Assembly (NCBI GenBank): GCA_963674945.2
Contig: CAXXWQ010000003.1
Coordinates: forward strand, 2,304,001-2,368,000
DNA from: an uncultured Desulfosarcina sp.
Lineage (GTDB): Bacteria > Desulfobacterota > Desulfobacteria > Desulfobacterales > Desulfosarcinaceae
Length of the DNA: 64,000 bases
Direction of reading: 5' to 3'
The position numbers were made by a program, and so were the translations under genes. Each line of letters opens with the position of its first letter. Position 1 is the first letter of the stretch. Below are positions 10,064-21,000 of the stretch, in pieces. A model generated the notes under the pieces. That model was not told where the DNA came from. It ran no database searches and worked only from the letters and a program-made list of their open reading frames with translations.

Positions 10064-11488
10064 TTATCGCCGAATCGCTGAGCTGTTAATTTTTCCTTTT
10101 ACCATATTGTAAAGTATTCCAAGTGATAAAAATGATATCCATGCAATTGGATGCAAATATCGAATGCTTGTCAACTGAGAAAACATCGCGATAATCATCA
10201 GTTGAGCAAGATGCAGAAAAAAGATGAAATATATGAAAAAATTTTGGGGACGCATAATAATTACTCCCAAAAAAAGAATTATGGGAAAAACTAGAAGAAA
10301 CTGGTACCATAGTATCGCTTTTTGAAAGTAAGCTCCGGTAATCGAGGATTTGTTGGGGTAAGGATCCAAAGACAGACAATATGCCTCTGAGATTTTGTTC
10401 AATGTCTTTTCGTTGAGAGGTATGTTTAAACCACGATGTCTCACTGCCGCTTTGTTGAGCGACGAATTTTTTAAATAATCCAAATAAGTAGCTGCGCCGA
10501 TTTTAATTATTCCAACAGGATCGTGGAGTAACAGATATTTTGCAGCTCTCATGGAAAATTGGTTGGCTTCATCCCTGTTTTCAAATTTTTTAATCAACGA
10601 CTTAATTAAACATCCGGGCAACCAGCGTTGTGAATTGCGAGCTTGTATATTACCTATCTCGCATTTTGAGTTGTTGATTATTTCTCTTAAATCAGGACCA
10701 AAAGGGATCGTGTTCGTTTCTAACAAGGGCGCCCAAGCAGATAGTAAGGCAAAACCTGTTGCGGAATAATTTGGAAGTTTGCCATATCTGGTTTGGATTG
10801 TCTTGGCAGTGGAAAATAGAAAAGGAATTGTAAAAAATACAACAAACCAAAAGGAAAATATTTTGAGCAAACGATGTAGCCTATTCGCTTGAATTTGACT
10901 ATTTTTGTGTGTTCGAATTATTGTTGCTGTTACGTGAATTGATGCCAAGAATAATCCGAGCAAATATATTGGAATGAACACCATCCTTAGTTTAATCATT
11001 AAAAAACCACTGATAATCGATAAAACCAGATGGCTCAGCTTAACCGTAGAAACATAATGAAGTAAAAAATATACAAAAAGCACAAAAAACAAAAGTGAGA
11101 AGGTTTCAGTCATGACATTGCGTTCGTAAAAAAGCTGTATCGGTTCAATTGAACAAAGAACTGCAATGAATCCGTATTCCCAAAAATTCAATTCAAAATA
11201 CCTTTTTAGAATAGCCGATAACACGATGCAGGTGCTTGCACTTGCTAAAACCTGGAGAAATAGAAGGGGTATGAGAGAATGGCCAAAAAAAGTAACGGCA
11301 GCTATGAGTATCCCATAGAAATACGAACGATCTGGAGGCGCCGATCCAGTGAGAGCCGTATGAATGTAGCTCAAAGAGTCTCCTTGAAACAACATCACGT
11401 TCGGGTCAATTATGAAAAAGAAAAACTTTATGGAAAAAATAAAAAAAACAAGTATTCCCCAATATTTATTGTCGTTACACGGAAGCAA
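10064..11488 (-). CDS. Polytopic membrane protein, probable GT-C (GtrC/ArnT-like) transferase
   Basis: Many TM helices; DSLSY in the first loop, MTET motif and a late RY; large soluble loop; adjacent to GtrA- and GtrB-like genes. Confidence 0.55.
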   Translation of the reverse strand: MLPCNDNKYWGILVFFIFSIKFFFFIIDPNVMLFQGDSLSYIHTALTGSAPPDRSYFYGILIAAVTFFGHSLIPLLFLQVLASASTCIVLSAILKRYFELNFWEYGFIAVLCSIEPIQLFYERNVMTETFSLLFFVLFVYFLLHYVSTVKLSHLVLSIISGFLMIKLRMVFIPIYLLGLFLASIHVTATIIRTHKNSQIQANRLHRLLKIFSFWFVVFFTIPFLFSTAKTIQTRYGKLPNYSATGFALLSAWAPLLETNTIPFGPDLREIINNSKCEIGNIQARNSQRWLPGCLIKSLIKKFENRDEANQFSMRAAKYLLLHDPVGIIKIGAATYLDYLKNSSLNKAAVRHRGLNIPLNEKTLNKISEAYCLSLDPYPNKSSITGAYFQKAILWYQFLLVFPIILFLGVIIMRPQNFFIYFIFFLHLAQLMIIAMFSQLTSIRYLHPIAWISFLSLGILYNMVKGKINSSAIRR

Positions 11489-11512
11489 TCGCAGATCCTA
11501 TAATTTGGATGT

Positions 11513-11926
11513 TTATTGTTTCTCGGAGAAATTAAAGATATTTCTAAAAACAAAAAACCTTGCCATAGTAGTAATGCTGAGGATAATAAAAAGAGATAAA
11601 ATATAATATACGCCGAGGACTCGAAACATAAGGAGAAAACCGAGATAGTCAATCAACCGGAAGAGACCGTTCGTTAATAAAAACCTGACATATTCTTTTA
11701 ATAGCGGGCCGCTGCTCCGAAAAACGAAACAGCGGACGTTGAAAAAATTTACATGGAAAACGACGATAAAAACCAAAGCAACCGCAATTTCTTCTTTAAC
11801 GTGCAGTCCATCAACGAAGATAATAGGCAGCCCCATAGATAACAATGCACTGATACCGCTCGTGAAAACAAAACGAGTGGCAGAATTCTTTTTTATTGCT
11901 TTGAATAGTCCGGTGGCAAAGTGCAT
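11513..11926 (-). CDS. GtrA-family lipid-linked sugar flippase
   Basis: 137 aa with about 4 TM segments; RFVFTSG, NFF..FVFR and RFLL patterns. Confidence 0.75.
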   Translation of the reverse strand: MHFATGLFKAIKKNSATRFVFTSGISALLSMGLPIIFVDGLHVKEEIAVALVFIVVFHVNFFNVRCFVFRSSGPLLKEYVRFLLTNGLFRLIDYLGFLLMFRVLGVYYILSLFIILSITTMARFFVFRNIFNFSEKQ

Positions 11927-11993
11927 GTATCATCTATGAAACATCATATAAAAACAGATATTCATCCTGCTTTTATCCATGTCTGTAACACTT

Positions 11994-13040
11994 TTATTTT
12001 CCACGAAGCCAGGTTGTTGTCAGTACATAAAAAAAACGAAAAGCGTAAAGAAGTTCATGCCCTTTTTTACTCTTGCCACTGATGCGCCGTCTAAAGACAA
12101 TCGGTCTTTCGTCGATCTTTAATTTTTTCTTTGCTGATAATATCAGAAACTCTGAGGTATGATATTGATCCTGAAAAAGGCGCAGGCTTTTCAATGATTC
12201 AGTTCTGATGGCTCTGTATCCACTGGAACAATCCGTTATTTTCGTGCCCATCAGCAGGTTTATCAATCGACTGAACAAGATGACACCAAGATGGCGCCAC
12301 CAGTGAGTGATTTCATGTTTTCCTAAAATTCTTGAGCCAATGATGACATCTGCCTCATTTTCTATCACTGGTTGTACTAGGTCCGGTACAACTTCGGGGT
12401 CGTTTTGGCCATCAGCGTCAATGGTTACGACAACAGCAGATTCAGTGATAACTGCAATATCAAAGCCAGTGCGCAAGGCAGCACCGCCACCCCGGTTAAC
12501 AGGCACCTTGGCCAGCAGACATCCGGCCGCCTTTACAACCAATGACGTATTATCGGTGCTTCCATCATCAACAACAAGAACATTTATTGGAACTCCATTG
12601 GCATCTTTGGGAAATCTACGCAAAACCTTTTTTAAGTTATATTCTTCATTAAGTGCAGGGATAATGCAAAGTATCGTATTCTTTAAATTGGACGTGTTGT
12701 GTTCTAAAAACTCACTGACGACCGAATTTCTGATGTATCGGTCAAACTGACGATTTAATTTTGTTATTCTGTTAAAGAGAATTATGATAAGAACCCAGAA
12801 AATGATGAAACCGATCATCAAGAGAGCTATAAGTCTGCTACCAGTGAATTTACCTATGGCGAGAATGTCGCTTAATATTTGCGCAATGTTTGGAAAAATG
12901 GCGACAAGTCCAATGATAAAGCCTGTAAAGAGAATACTCAGAGGAAAAAGGGATTCTTCACGCTCTATTCTGAGCGAGCGGCCGCCGACGATAAAAAAAG
13001 CAAGCGAAACAAAAATACCAACAAATTGTAGTTGAGACAT
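11994..13040 (-). CDS. Polyprenol-phosphate glycosyltransferase (GtrB/DPM1-like GT2) with N-terminal DUF2304-like membrane domain
   Basis: 3 N-terminal TM helices, then IPALNEE, VVDDGSTD, DADGQNDP, GSR, TDCSSGYRA. Confidence 0.8.
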   Translation of the reverse strand: MSQLQFVGIFVSLAFFIVGGRSLRIEREESLFPLSILFTGFIIGLVAIFPNIAQILSDILAIGKFTGSRLIALLMIGFIIFWVLIIILFNRITKLNRQFDRYIRNSVVSEFLEHNTSNLKNTILCIIPALNEEYNLKKVLRRFPKDANGVPINVLVVDDGSTDNTSLVVKAAGCLLAKVPVNRGGGAALRTGFDIAVITESAVVVTIDADGQNDPEVVPDLVQPVIENEADVIIGSRILGKHEITHWWRHLGVILFSRLINLLMGTKITDCSSGYRAIRTESLKSLRLFQDQYHTSEFLILSAKKKLKIDERPIVFRRRISGKSKKGHELLYAFRFFYVLTTTWLRGK

Positions 13041-13081
13041 AATGTCAATCCTAAGAAAACAATCGATTGTTATATATAATA

Positions 13082-14858
13082 CCTGAATTTTGCACCAACA
13101 ATTTAACCAAGTCTGGATACCACCTGGGAACCCTTGCTACAATGGGGGTTACGACACCAACCCATAAAAGCAGGAGGTACCCAGATGGTAAAATCCAAGA
13201 AATCAAATTTCCGGAAAAACCGCAACCCTAAAGGATTTAGAAAAAACGGCGCCAAGGCCAAGAAAATCAACGCTTCAACCGCTTACGATACCTGTAGCGA
13301 GCAATTGAGCCCATTTGGCGGGCTTTTACCGCTGATCAAATTTTTGGACTTGGTCGAATTTCAGAAATTATTTGACTTCGCATATAAACCGCCCACGCGT
13401 AAACCTAAGCTGGGCCACTATTCAATGGTGGTCGGCTTGCTGATGCTACTGTTTATAGGGTTTAACCGAATCTGGCACTTTTCCTATCTGCGCCTGGACG
13501 CCATGCTGTGCGGATTTTTCAAACTCACGCGTCTGCCGGTGGCCAGCACCTTCTGGCGCTATGTCGATAGCCTGGGCATCAACCAGGCCCATGCGCTGCT
13601 GCATTTGATGGCCCTGTTGCGCAATCGGGTCTGGCAGCTTTGCGATATCTCCTATTACCGCATCTGCCTGGATATCGATACTACGGTGGAGACCGTGTTT
13701 GGCAATCAACAAGGTGCGCTAAAGGGTCACAACCCACGCAATCGGGGTAAAAAAGGATACCGGCCGGTGTTATGTTTCATCGAACAAAGCCGCGAGTATT
13801 TGCTGGGCAAGCTTCGCAGGGGCGAAACCATCAGCGGCAAACAAACCGCAGCGTTCATCGCTAAAATAAAAAGATACCTTCCCGATTGCGTTAACCAGGT
13901 GTTGATTCGCGCAGATGCGGAATTTCAAAGCTGGCATAGCATTCATGAATGTCTCAAGGCTGGTTACAATTTTATCATCGCCAACAAGAAATGTGAGCCG
14001 CCATTTGATCCCAACGGGTGGTACCGGCCGCATCGGCGAAAACCCTATGAATTCAACAGCTGTATCTACCAGCCGACGGGGTGGCTGCAGCCCGTTCGGT
14101 TTGTGGCCATGCGAATCCCCAAGCAAGATAAGGTTGTCAAAGACCAATACGTGCAGTGTGAACTGTTTGAAGTCGACCGTTATGAATACCGCATCTTTTG
14201 TACCAATCTTGGCCGTAAGGCCCATAAGGTCATCGCCGAGTATGACAAACGAGCCGATGTTGAAAACCTCGTGGGGGAGGCCAAACGCGAAGGCCTGGAT
14301 GCGATTCCGTCATCGCGCTTTAAAAACAACTATGCTTATTTTCAAATCGTCATGCTGGCCTACAATATCTGGCGCTATTTGAAGATGATCGCCGAGTTGA
14401 GTGCTAAAACTGAACCGCCGGTAGAAAAAAGCGAGCAGCGCCATGGCTTCTCAGGTATTGAAACCAATACGGTGCGCATAGCGCGGCTGCGCCTGTTGAT
14501 CATTGCAGCCAAAGTAGTAATGTCATCAAATAAAGACAAAGTTCGTTACTCGATCCAGGACAGCCGAACGCCAGCATTGATGTCTTTTCTAAAATACCTG
14601 GATAAAAAAAGATCGCAGCCCAAACCATGGGCCGGTAGCATACTCCAGACTGCTATCGGTTAGCCATGCAGTTGATGCAAAAAATTTCTTGCATAAAAAT
14701 ATCATGATTGATCTTAAATACATACTGTATAAGTTGCCAAGGCGTTTTACTGCAACATGTTCTCAGCGCCACCATTGACTGTAGCCTCGGAAATTGGGAG
14801 CGAATCTAAAAAAATCGCGGACATTGGCCGCTATGGCCGTATGCGTGCAAAATTCAGG
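13082..14858 (+). mobile_element. IS1380-family insertion sequence
   Basis: Perfect 14-bp terminal IR CCTGAATTTTGCAC/GTGCAAAATTCAGG; 5-bp target duplication TAATA at 13077-13081 and 14859-14863. Confidence 0.93.
13185..14663 (+). CDS. IS1380-family DDE transposase
   Basis: LDIDTT...GNQQGA..GHN, GYRP, IRADAEF, YDKRADVENLVGEAK, LAYNI; ATG 13185 follows AGGAGG. Confidence 0.9.
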   Translation: MVKSKKSNFRKNRNPKGFRKNGAKAKKINASTAYDTCSEQLSPFGGLLPLIKFLDLVEFQKLFDFAYKPPTRKPKLGHYSMVVGLLMLLFIGFNRIWHFSYLRLDAMLCGFFKLTRLPVASTFWRYVDSLGINQAHALLHLMALLRNRVWQLCDISYYRICLDIDTTVETVFGNQQGALKGHNPRNRGKKGYRPVLCFIEQSREYLLGKLRRGETISGKQTAAFIAKIKRYLPDCVNQVLIRADAEFQSWHSIHECLKAGYNFIIANKKCEPPFDPNGWYRPHRRKPYEFNSCIYQPTGWLQPVRFVAMRIPKQDKVVKDQYVQCELFEVDRYEYRIFCTNLGRKAHKVIAEYDKRADVENLVGEAKREGLDAIPSSRFKNNYAYFQIVMLAYNIWRYLKMIAELSAKTEPPVEKSEQRHGFSGIETNTVRIARLRLLIIAAKVVMSSNKDKVRYSIQDSRTPALMSFLKYLDKKRSQPKPWAGSILQTAIG

Positions 14859-14911
14859 TAATAACTATAGGTTATATAAGAGCCTTCTTGGATATATTAA
14901 TTCGTTTGCCC

Positions 14912-16120
14912 TCAATTCACTGGAGATGCTGATCCAATGAAATCAACGGACATGTCAGACCTCCAGGTAGATGTGCATATTACTTTTTTGAGATCGCAGC
15001 GTTCTTTATATTTTTTTGCAATATCCATTACTTCAGTCAATAATCCGTCATCAAGGGTGATAGGGTTCAAACCCAGATTAAGAAAACTATCCTTGTTAAA
15101 CCGAAGTTCATTTTCTGCATCTTCATTCCTTGGGTTTTTATAATATCGAATTTTGGCACCCGTGATCTTGGCGATTTTCGATGATAGTTCTTTGATATTA
15201 TGGCATTCGGTTGTTTGATTAAATATTTTTACGCGCTGGCTTTTTTCCGGAGGATTTTCTACGGCAAGCTTTATACAATTAACAGTATCTTTTATGTGAA
15301 TAAAGGCTCTGGTTTGTCCTCCTGTTCCATGAATCGTTAACGGATGGCCGACAGCGGCTTGCATGAGAAAGCGGTTAAGGACAGTCCCATAATCACCATC
15401 ATAGTCAAAACGGTTGATTAATCTTTCGTCAAGCAAGGTTTCCGAGGTGTTTGTACCCCAGACAATTCCCTGATGGAGGTCCGTAATGCGAACTTGGTCG
15501 TTTTTGTTGTAGTAATAGAAAAAAAGCGCATCCTGGGTTTTGGTCATATGGTAAATGCTTCCTGGGTTCGCGGGATACATTATTTCGAGCTCAGTTTCCT
15601 TGCCATCCACATCAACCTTAACCCTGAGGTATCCTTCGGGTATTTCCATCCCGGCGGTTCCATATCCATAAACCCCGGTTGTGCCAAGATGAATCATGTG
15701 AATATCCAGTCCAGATTCGACAATGGCACAAAGAATATTGTGGGTCGCACTTAAATTGTTATTGACGGTGTATCTCTTATGATAGGCGGATTTCATGGAG
15801 TAAGGCGCAGCGCGCTGTTCTGCGAAATGAATCACCGCCATTGGCTTTATTTCTTTGAATAAGGTTAAAATTCGATGATAATGTTCCGACACATCAATGA
15901 ATTTAAAATGTATTTTTTTTCCGGTTATTTCTTCCCAGCACTGAAGGCGTTTGCTGATCGGCTGAATTGGGGTCAATGAACTGCATTCAAGCTCAATATC
16001 AATCTTACGCCTTACGAGATTATCGACAATCGTCACATCATATCCATTCTTGGATAGATACAGGGCCGTCGGCCAACCACAAAATCCGTCACCACCAAAG
16101 ACAATCACGCTTTTTTTCAT
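14912..16120 (-). CDS. sqdB: UDP-sulfoquinovose synthase (SqdB/SQD1/Agl3 family)
   Basis: GGDGFCGWPTAL, HFAEQRAAPYSM, HLGTTGVYGY, PGSIYHMTK, TDLHQGIVWG, RFDYDGDYGTVLNRF. Confidence 0.92.
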   Translation of the reverse strand: MKKSVIVFGGDGFCGWPTALYLSKNGYDVTIVDNLVRRKIDIELECSSLTPIQPISKRLQCWEEITGKKIHFKFIDVSEHYHRILTLFKEIKPMAVIHFAEQRAAPYSMKSAYHKRYTVNNNLSATHNILCAIVESGLDIHMIHLGTTGVYGYGTAGMEIPEGYLRVKVDVDGKETELEIMYPANPGSIYHMTKTQDALFFYYYNKNDQVRITDLHQGIVWGTNTSETLLDERLINRFDYDGDYGTVLNRFLMQAAVGHPLTIHGTGGQTRAFIHIKDTVNCIKLAVENPPEKSQRVKIFNQTTECHNIKELSSKIAKITGAKIRYYKNPRNEDAENELRFNKDSFLNLGLNPITLDDGLLTEVMDIAKKYKERCDLKKVICTSTWRSDMSVDFIGSASPVN

Positions 16121-16230
16121 TTTATCTCCAAATTTTTCGAGCCGTTTTCTTGATCAGGCGTTAATGTGCTGAAATAAGATACCCTTTATGCAACAACATG
16201 AAAAAAACAGTTGACAATATTGTTGTCGTA

Positions 16231-17121
16231 CTAACCTGCGGAAAGGCGTACACACCGATTCCTAAATTCTTTCAATTCTTTTTCTAAATCATCAAACACG
16301 CGTAACCTATGAAGAAATTTTTTTCTTGCATAGTCATACAATTTTAAATCAAGTCTATTTCTTTCCGAAAGGAGTGCAAAAATTTTATTTCCAACATCGT
16401 TTTTCATTTTTTCAATGCGGATCTCCAAGGGTTCTGTATTGGTCTGGCCGATGTTTTGTTTTACATAGGAAAGATCCATAAAAGGGAAATATTCGCGTAA
16501 CGTTTTCTCGAAGAGAATCATGCTTTCATCAAAAAACTCGACGAATCCGAATAGCGCCGTGCCATCTATATAAGCCTTGGATCGGGACAGGTTCTTTTCA
16601 TCCATCTCTCTTCGCCAGTCAACTGATGGCGATTGGCTTTTAAAAACGTGGAAATTGCGGATTGATGGCGGAACATCATGCTTCATCCGCCATTCCACAT
16701 ATTCACAAAGGGAGTGATCCCGTGCAAAACGGGCGCCCAGCGTGTCAGATTCGGTCTGCCGTCTTTCAAATCGATAGACCGAGCGTACCCGCTCGAGGGG
16801 GTGCCGAAACATCATGATCGTATAAAAGCCGACATCGTCTATCGTTGGTAACGGGAGTCGAAGATGATGGGAAGACAGCGCTGCGATTTCTGGGTTCTCT
16901 GTCAGGTAAGGCCCCAAATAGTCAGCACCTCGCATCATCTTTTCATCGTCGCGGTGATCGATGAACTTTTCTTGGAAATTTTTCGCCAGTGCCCAGTCGA
17001 TGGTCGTTCCCGCATTCTTGAACAGGTGATTGTGGATGATTACCTTTCTATTATCACTTCGCGGCAAAGACGTGGAGCTACCCATGGTCTTAAGCTTTTG
17101 TATCAATGATCGCCAGCCCAT
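16231..17121 (-). CDS. Sulfotransferase family protein
   Basis: HNHLFKNAGTT (5'-PSB-like) and FRHPLERVRSVY (3'-PB-like); NRLDLKLY. Confidence 0.78.
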   Translation of the reverse strand: MGWRSLIQKLKTMGSSTSLPRSDNRKVIIHNHLFKNAGTTIDWALAKNFQEKFIDHRDDEKMMRGADYLGPYLTENPEIAALSSHHLRLPLPTIDDVGFYTIMMFRHPLERVRSVYRFERRQTESDTLGARFARDHSLCEYVEWRMKHDVPPSIRNFHVFKSQSPSVDWRREMDEKNLSRSKAYIDGTALFGFVEFFDESMILFEKTLREYFPFMDLSYVKQNIGQTNTEPLEIRIEKMKNDVGNKIFALLSERNRLDLKLYDYARKKFLHRLRVFDDLEKELKEFRNRCVRLSAG

Positions 17122-18011
17122 TATATCGCATCCTCGTTTGCATCGTATATGCGATAATAGGTCTCTACGATTTCGAGGCCGCCGAACCTTTTGTTTTTGC
17201 CGGTTTCGGTACCTTCTTTATCAATCTTGACGACTTCCACCCCGCACCAACTGTCCGCCACAGGGGGATCCAGGCCGAGTTCATGGACCACCCACGGGTT
17301 TACCGGGGGGCAAAATTGTCCCAGCGGTTCGAAGTCATCGGAAGAATGGTTCCGGTCATTTGGTATCCTGGCCCAATGCAGCAGATTTTTGGCTGTTTCT
17401 GATAATAGTTCGGCCACCGGGTGGTTAAAGGTAAAGAATAACCTTCGATCACTTTGATTTTTCGCGATATAATCTGCAATTTCGATATCGCAATCCGATT
17501 CCCGCATTCGCAACTCTGACAAAGAGGCTTCCGGAATCTTACCATATTGCTCGCGGTTGTATTCGATGTCCAAGTGGCGCCGCAAGGCCTCTGCCGGCTT
17601 GATTCCTTCTTTCCACCCTTCGAGAATGGTCTGATTGTGATAATCGCCCAAAGGCCCCCGTAAGGGGGATCGATTTGCATTCCTGATATAAGTCAGCTCC
17701 GGATTGTATCCCCTGAAGAAGATGTTGGGCCAGACGACGACCTTGTTGCCCCAGTTTGCTTTCAGTTCCTTGCTGCGAACGAAGGTGCATGGGTAGTTGT
17801 CCATTACTCGTTGTGCGAAAATCCAGTCGGCACTGAGAAAATGCTTTGCGTAGGTGTCTGTCTCCTCATTTTTCAATAAATGAACAATTCCTATGGCCGT
17901 AACCTTGACTCTTCCTGAGATAGCGGTCAGTTTCTGAGCAAGTGGACGCGCCTGGCAATTTCCGATGACCACCACATTGATTTTGTTTTTTTTCTTCCAG
18001 AAACGGAACAC
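17121..18011 (-). CDS. WcbI-like polysaccharide biosynthesis protein
   Basis: IGNCQA, PNIFFRGYNP and LFFTFNHP motifs. Confidence 0.72.
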   Translation of the reverse strand: MFRFWKKKNKINVVVIGNCQARPLAQKLTAISGRVKVTAIGIVHLLKNEETDTYAKHFLSADWIFAQRVMDNYPCTFVRSKELKANWGNKVVVWPNIFFRGYNPELTYIRNANRSPLRGPLGDYHNQTILEGWKEGIKPAEALRRHLDIEYNREQYGKIPEASLSELRMRESDCDIEIADYIAKNQSDRRLFFTFNHPVAELLSETAKNLLHWARIPNDRNHSSDDFEPLGQFCPPVNPWVVHELGLDPPVADSWCGVEVVKIDKEGTETGKNKRFGGLEIVETYYRIYDANEDAI

Positions 18012-18028
18012 TCTCGAATTTCCCGTCC

Positions 18029-21000
18029 TTATCCAAGCAGTTCATTGGTCAATTGATATAGTTTCTCATTGACCGCTTCAATGGAAATTTCCCGTTGGCA
18101 AAACTGAATGCCCGCAGATGAAAGGGATTGCCAACGCTCCTGGTTACCATAGAGGTCCTGAATCAAAGACGCCATATCGTCGGCATCCTTTGCCACGAGA
18201 ATGTTCTCATCATGGCAAAGTCCCGTTCCTTCAACGGCGATCTCCGTGGCAACGCAAGGGATGCCATAGCTTAAGCTTGTAACGACCTTCCCTTTCATGC
18301 CTGCCCCGTAGCGCAGTGGCGCCACAGAAAGCCGACACGCCCCGAAGAGTTCTGACAAATCCGGCACATATCCCCGGATGATGACGTTATCCTCAGATAG
18401 CGCTTCAATCTCGCTTGGCATATCGCTTCCCGCGACAATGAATTTGCCTGAAAATCCCTGTCGGCGGAGAATGGGCCATACATCGGAGATGAAGTAGACA
18501 ACGGCGTCGATATTGGGCGGATGACTGAATCCACCGATGAATACGATGTCTTTCAATTCATCCCACGGTCTTCTCGTGGGCTCCGGAAGATCGCGGGCCA
18601 CGGGTATATGGTATGTCCTGGCATGTGGCAAAATGTCGTTGATTACCTGAATTTCATAGTAACTGCGGCACATTGTTGCATCGGCCTTTTTTATCACATC
18701 GAGTTCATCTTCCCGCGTTTTCGCAGCCTTCTCATCCATTCGTGGAGAAAGGCACAAAGCTGCCTGCCGAGACTCCCGAAGAAAGTGAAGATCCACGGTA
18801 TCGAATACGATTTTTGCCTTACCGGCATGCTTTTTTACGATATCGATTAACGGGGCTGCCACCTGCACGCGACATAAGATAATCAAATCGGCCTTCGGAC
18901 CATATTGGCGTATGGCTTCTTGTGTGGATTCAATCCAGGGGAGGTGGACACACTCAACTCCCAGTCGCTGCAAATCCGTTGTATAGCCCTCGAAGGCAGT
19001 GACGTCCAATGTTACAAACGTAATATGGAATCCGAGATTTTTAAAAATCTTCATGTAATTGACGGCATCGATGGAACCCGAATCTTTATTCGGCCTGGGT
19101 GTCGTCGCGTCGATGAACAGGATTCGTCCCTTGATTCCACGAAGATAGGGAAGTGTGGGGGGGTTGCAAGAGCCATGGGATGACAGCTCCTGTCTCCATT
19201 TTTCTAAGAATTGATACCGATTCACCACTTGATATCGTTTTACGCCTTCGTTCTCCCGGGTACCACAGGTAGTACCCTCGAAGTGAACCAGCTGTGATTT
19301 GGGCTGATAGACAACACGCCGATGGGCCGCACGCACCTGAAAAGAGAGATCGGTATCTTCGTAGTAGGCCGGAGAATATCTTTCGTCAAACCCACCTATC
19401 AATTTCCACAGCGCAGCGGGAATTGCAATGGATGCACCCGAACAATAGTCTACATCGCGAGCATGATCGTACATGGGCTCAAACGGATCTTCAAAACGTC
19501 CGAAGTTCCACCCGCTGCCGTCTTCAAAAACGATTCCACCGGCTTCCTGGAGTCGGCCTTCCGGATAGATCAACTTCGATCCCACTAGGCCGATCTCGGG
19601 ATCATTTTCCAATGTCCGTATGAGTTCTGTTAACCACCCACTCAGTACGATGGTGTCATTATTTAAAAACACCAAGTAGTTCCCTTTAGCTATCGTGGCG
19701 GCCTCGTTGCAATTTCTCAAAAATCCCAAATTCTTCTTATTTCGCCGATAGATGACATTGGCAAACGGTTCGGTAAAGACATCTTGTGTTGCATCTGTCG
19801 ACCGATCGTCCGATACGATGATTTCATAATCGATTCCATCTTGACCATCCAGATAAATGGAGTGGATGCAGGCAAGCGTGTATCGGATTTGATTGTATAC
19901 GGGAATGATGATGGAGATATTTGGTTCTTGGGTTTGTTTAATCGTCTGTGCAACTTTTTTTAGGCCATTTTTCCAGCAGACGATTTCATTTTGGCGGGGT
20001 AACGGTGGTCGCTTTGAATGGGAAAATCGTGGCAAATCGTAAAGATCAATCAAAGAAATGGCCGGATCATGAATTGTACCAAATGGTTGGTTGGGGTCGC
20101 GAAAATGAACCTCCTCACATCGATTGGCAAACAATGCCAAATTTCCTTTACTCATCAACAAAAAGTCGAGCGTACGACGAATTCTTCCCGGATTGATCAA
20201 CCCGAGTGCCTGATTTGGATTCATCAGGAACAGGCGGAAAATACGAAGCAGGAGTTCAACGTCGCTTTTTTGAATTCGTCTGCCATGGTAGCGATGTTCA
20301 GGAGGAACCAGAAGGCAATCGATACGTTTGAGTTCTGCGTGAATACCGGACTGCCCCAATCCCAGAAAGCGTGTCAATTTTGCTATGACTCTCACGATAC
20401 GGGAATGGGATATCGCATTCAATCGTGTTTTATATTCGTTATGCTCCGATGTGATGCCGTTGAACTTTTTCCAAAGCTCTTCATGGTGTCCTTCCAATTG
20501 ATGCAACTCATCTTGAAGTCTGCCGCGCTCCCCTCGCAGCCGCTGGGTCTCTTTGGTAAGACGGTTGTTTTCCTTAAAGAGGTCGTCATTTCTTCTTGCC
20601 AGTTCTTGGGCTTCTTTTTCAATCCGACGATTTTCCTCCTCAAGCGTTTTGCTCTTTGACTCAAGGTCCGCCAATCTGCGCATTGAAGTTGAGAACCGTT
20701 CCACCTTGGGTATTTTTATTACCCATTTGCCGTTTTTTTGTAACTGCCGCATTTGTTGCGCGAGGACCTTCATCCGGGATGCATCGTTTGGGACCGGTTG
20801 CCCTGCACAGAGTGCATCAAATAGTGAAGTGACCGGCCCGTCGGTCTGCAAAGCCCTGTCCTCGGCGTCATGGTGACAAAGTTTCGGATCTACGAATGCC
20901 TCGATCTCATTTCGGCTTGGCGATTGCAAACCGTTGACACCGTTGTCGGTCAACCAACGGTGGACATCTTTGGTCGTTTCGTAGGGTCTTTTGAGAATCG

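Noticed and set aside
14912..16120. Sulfolipid (SQDG) biosynthesis operon
   Set aside because: No sqdX or sqdC/D recognisable nearby; the context is surface-glycan modification.
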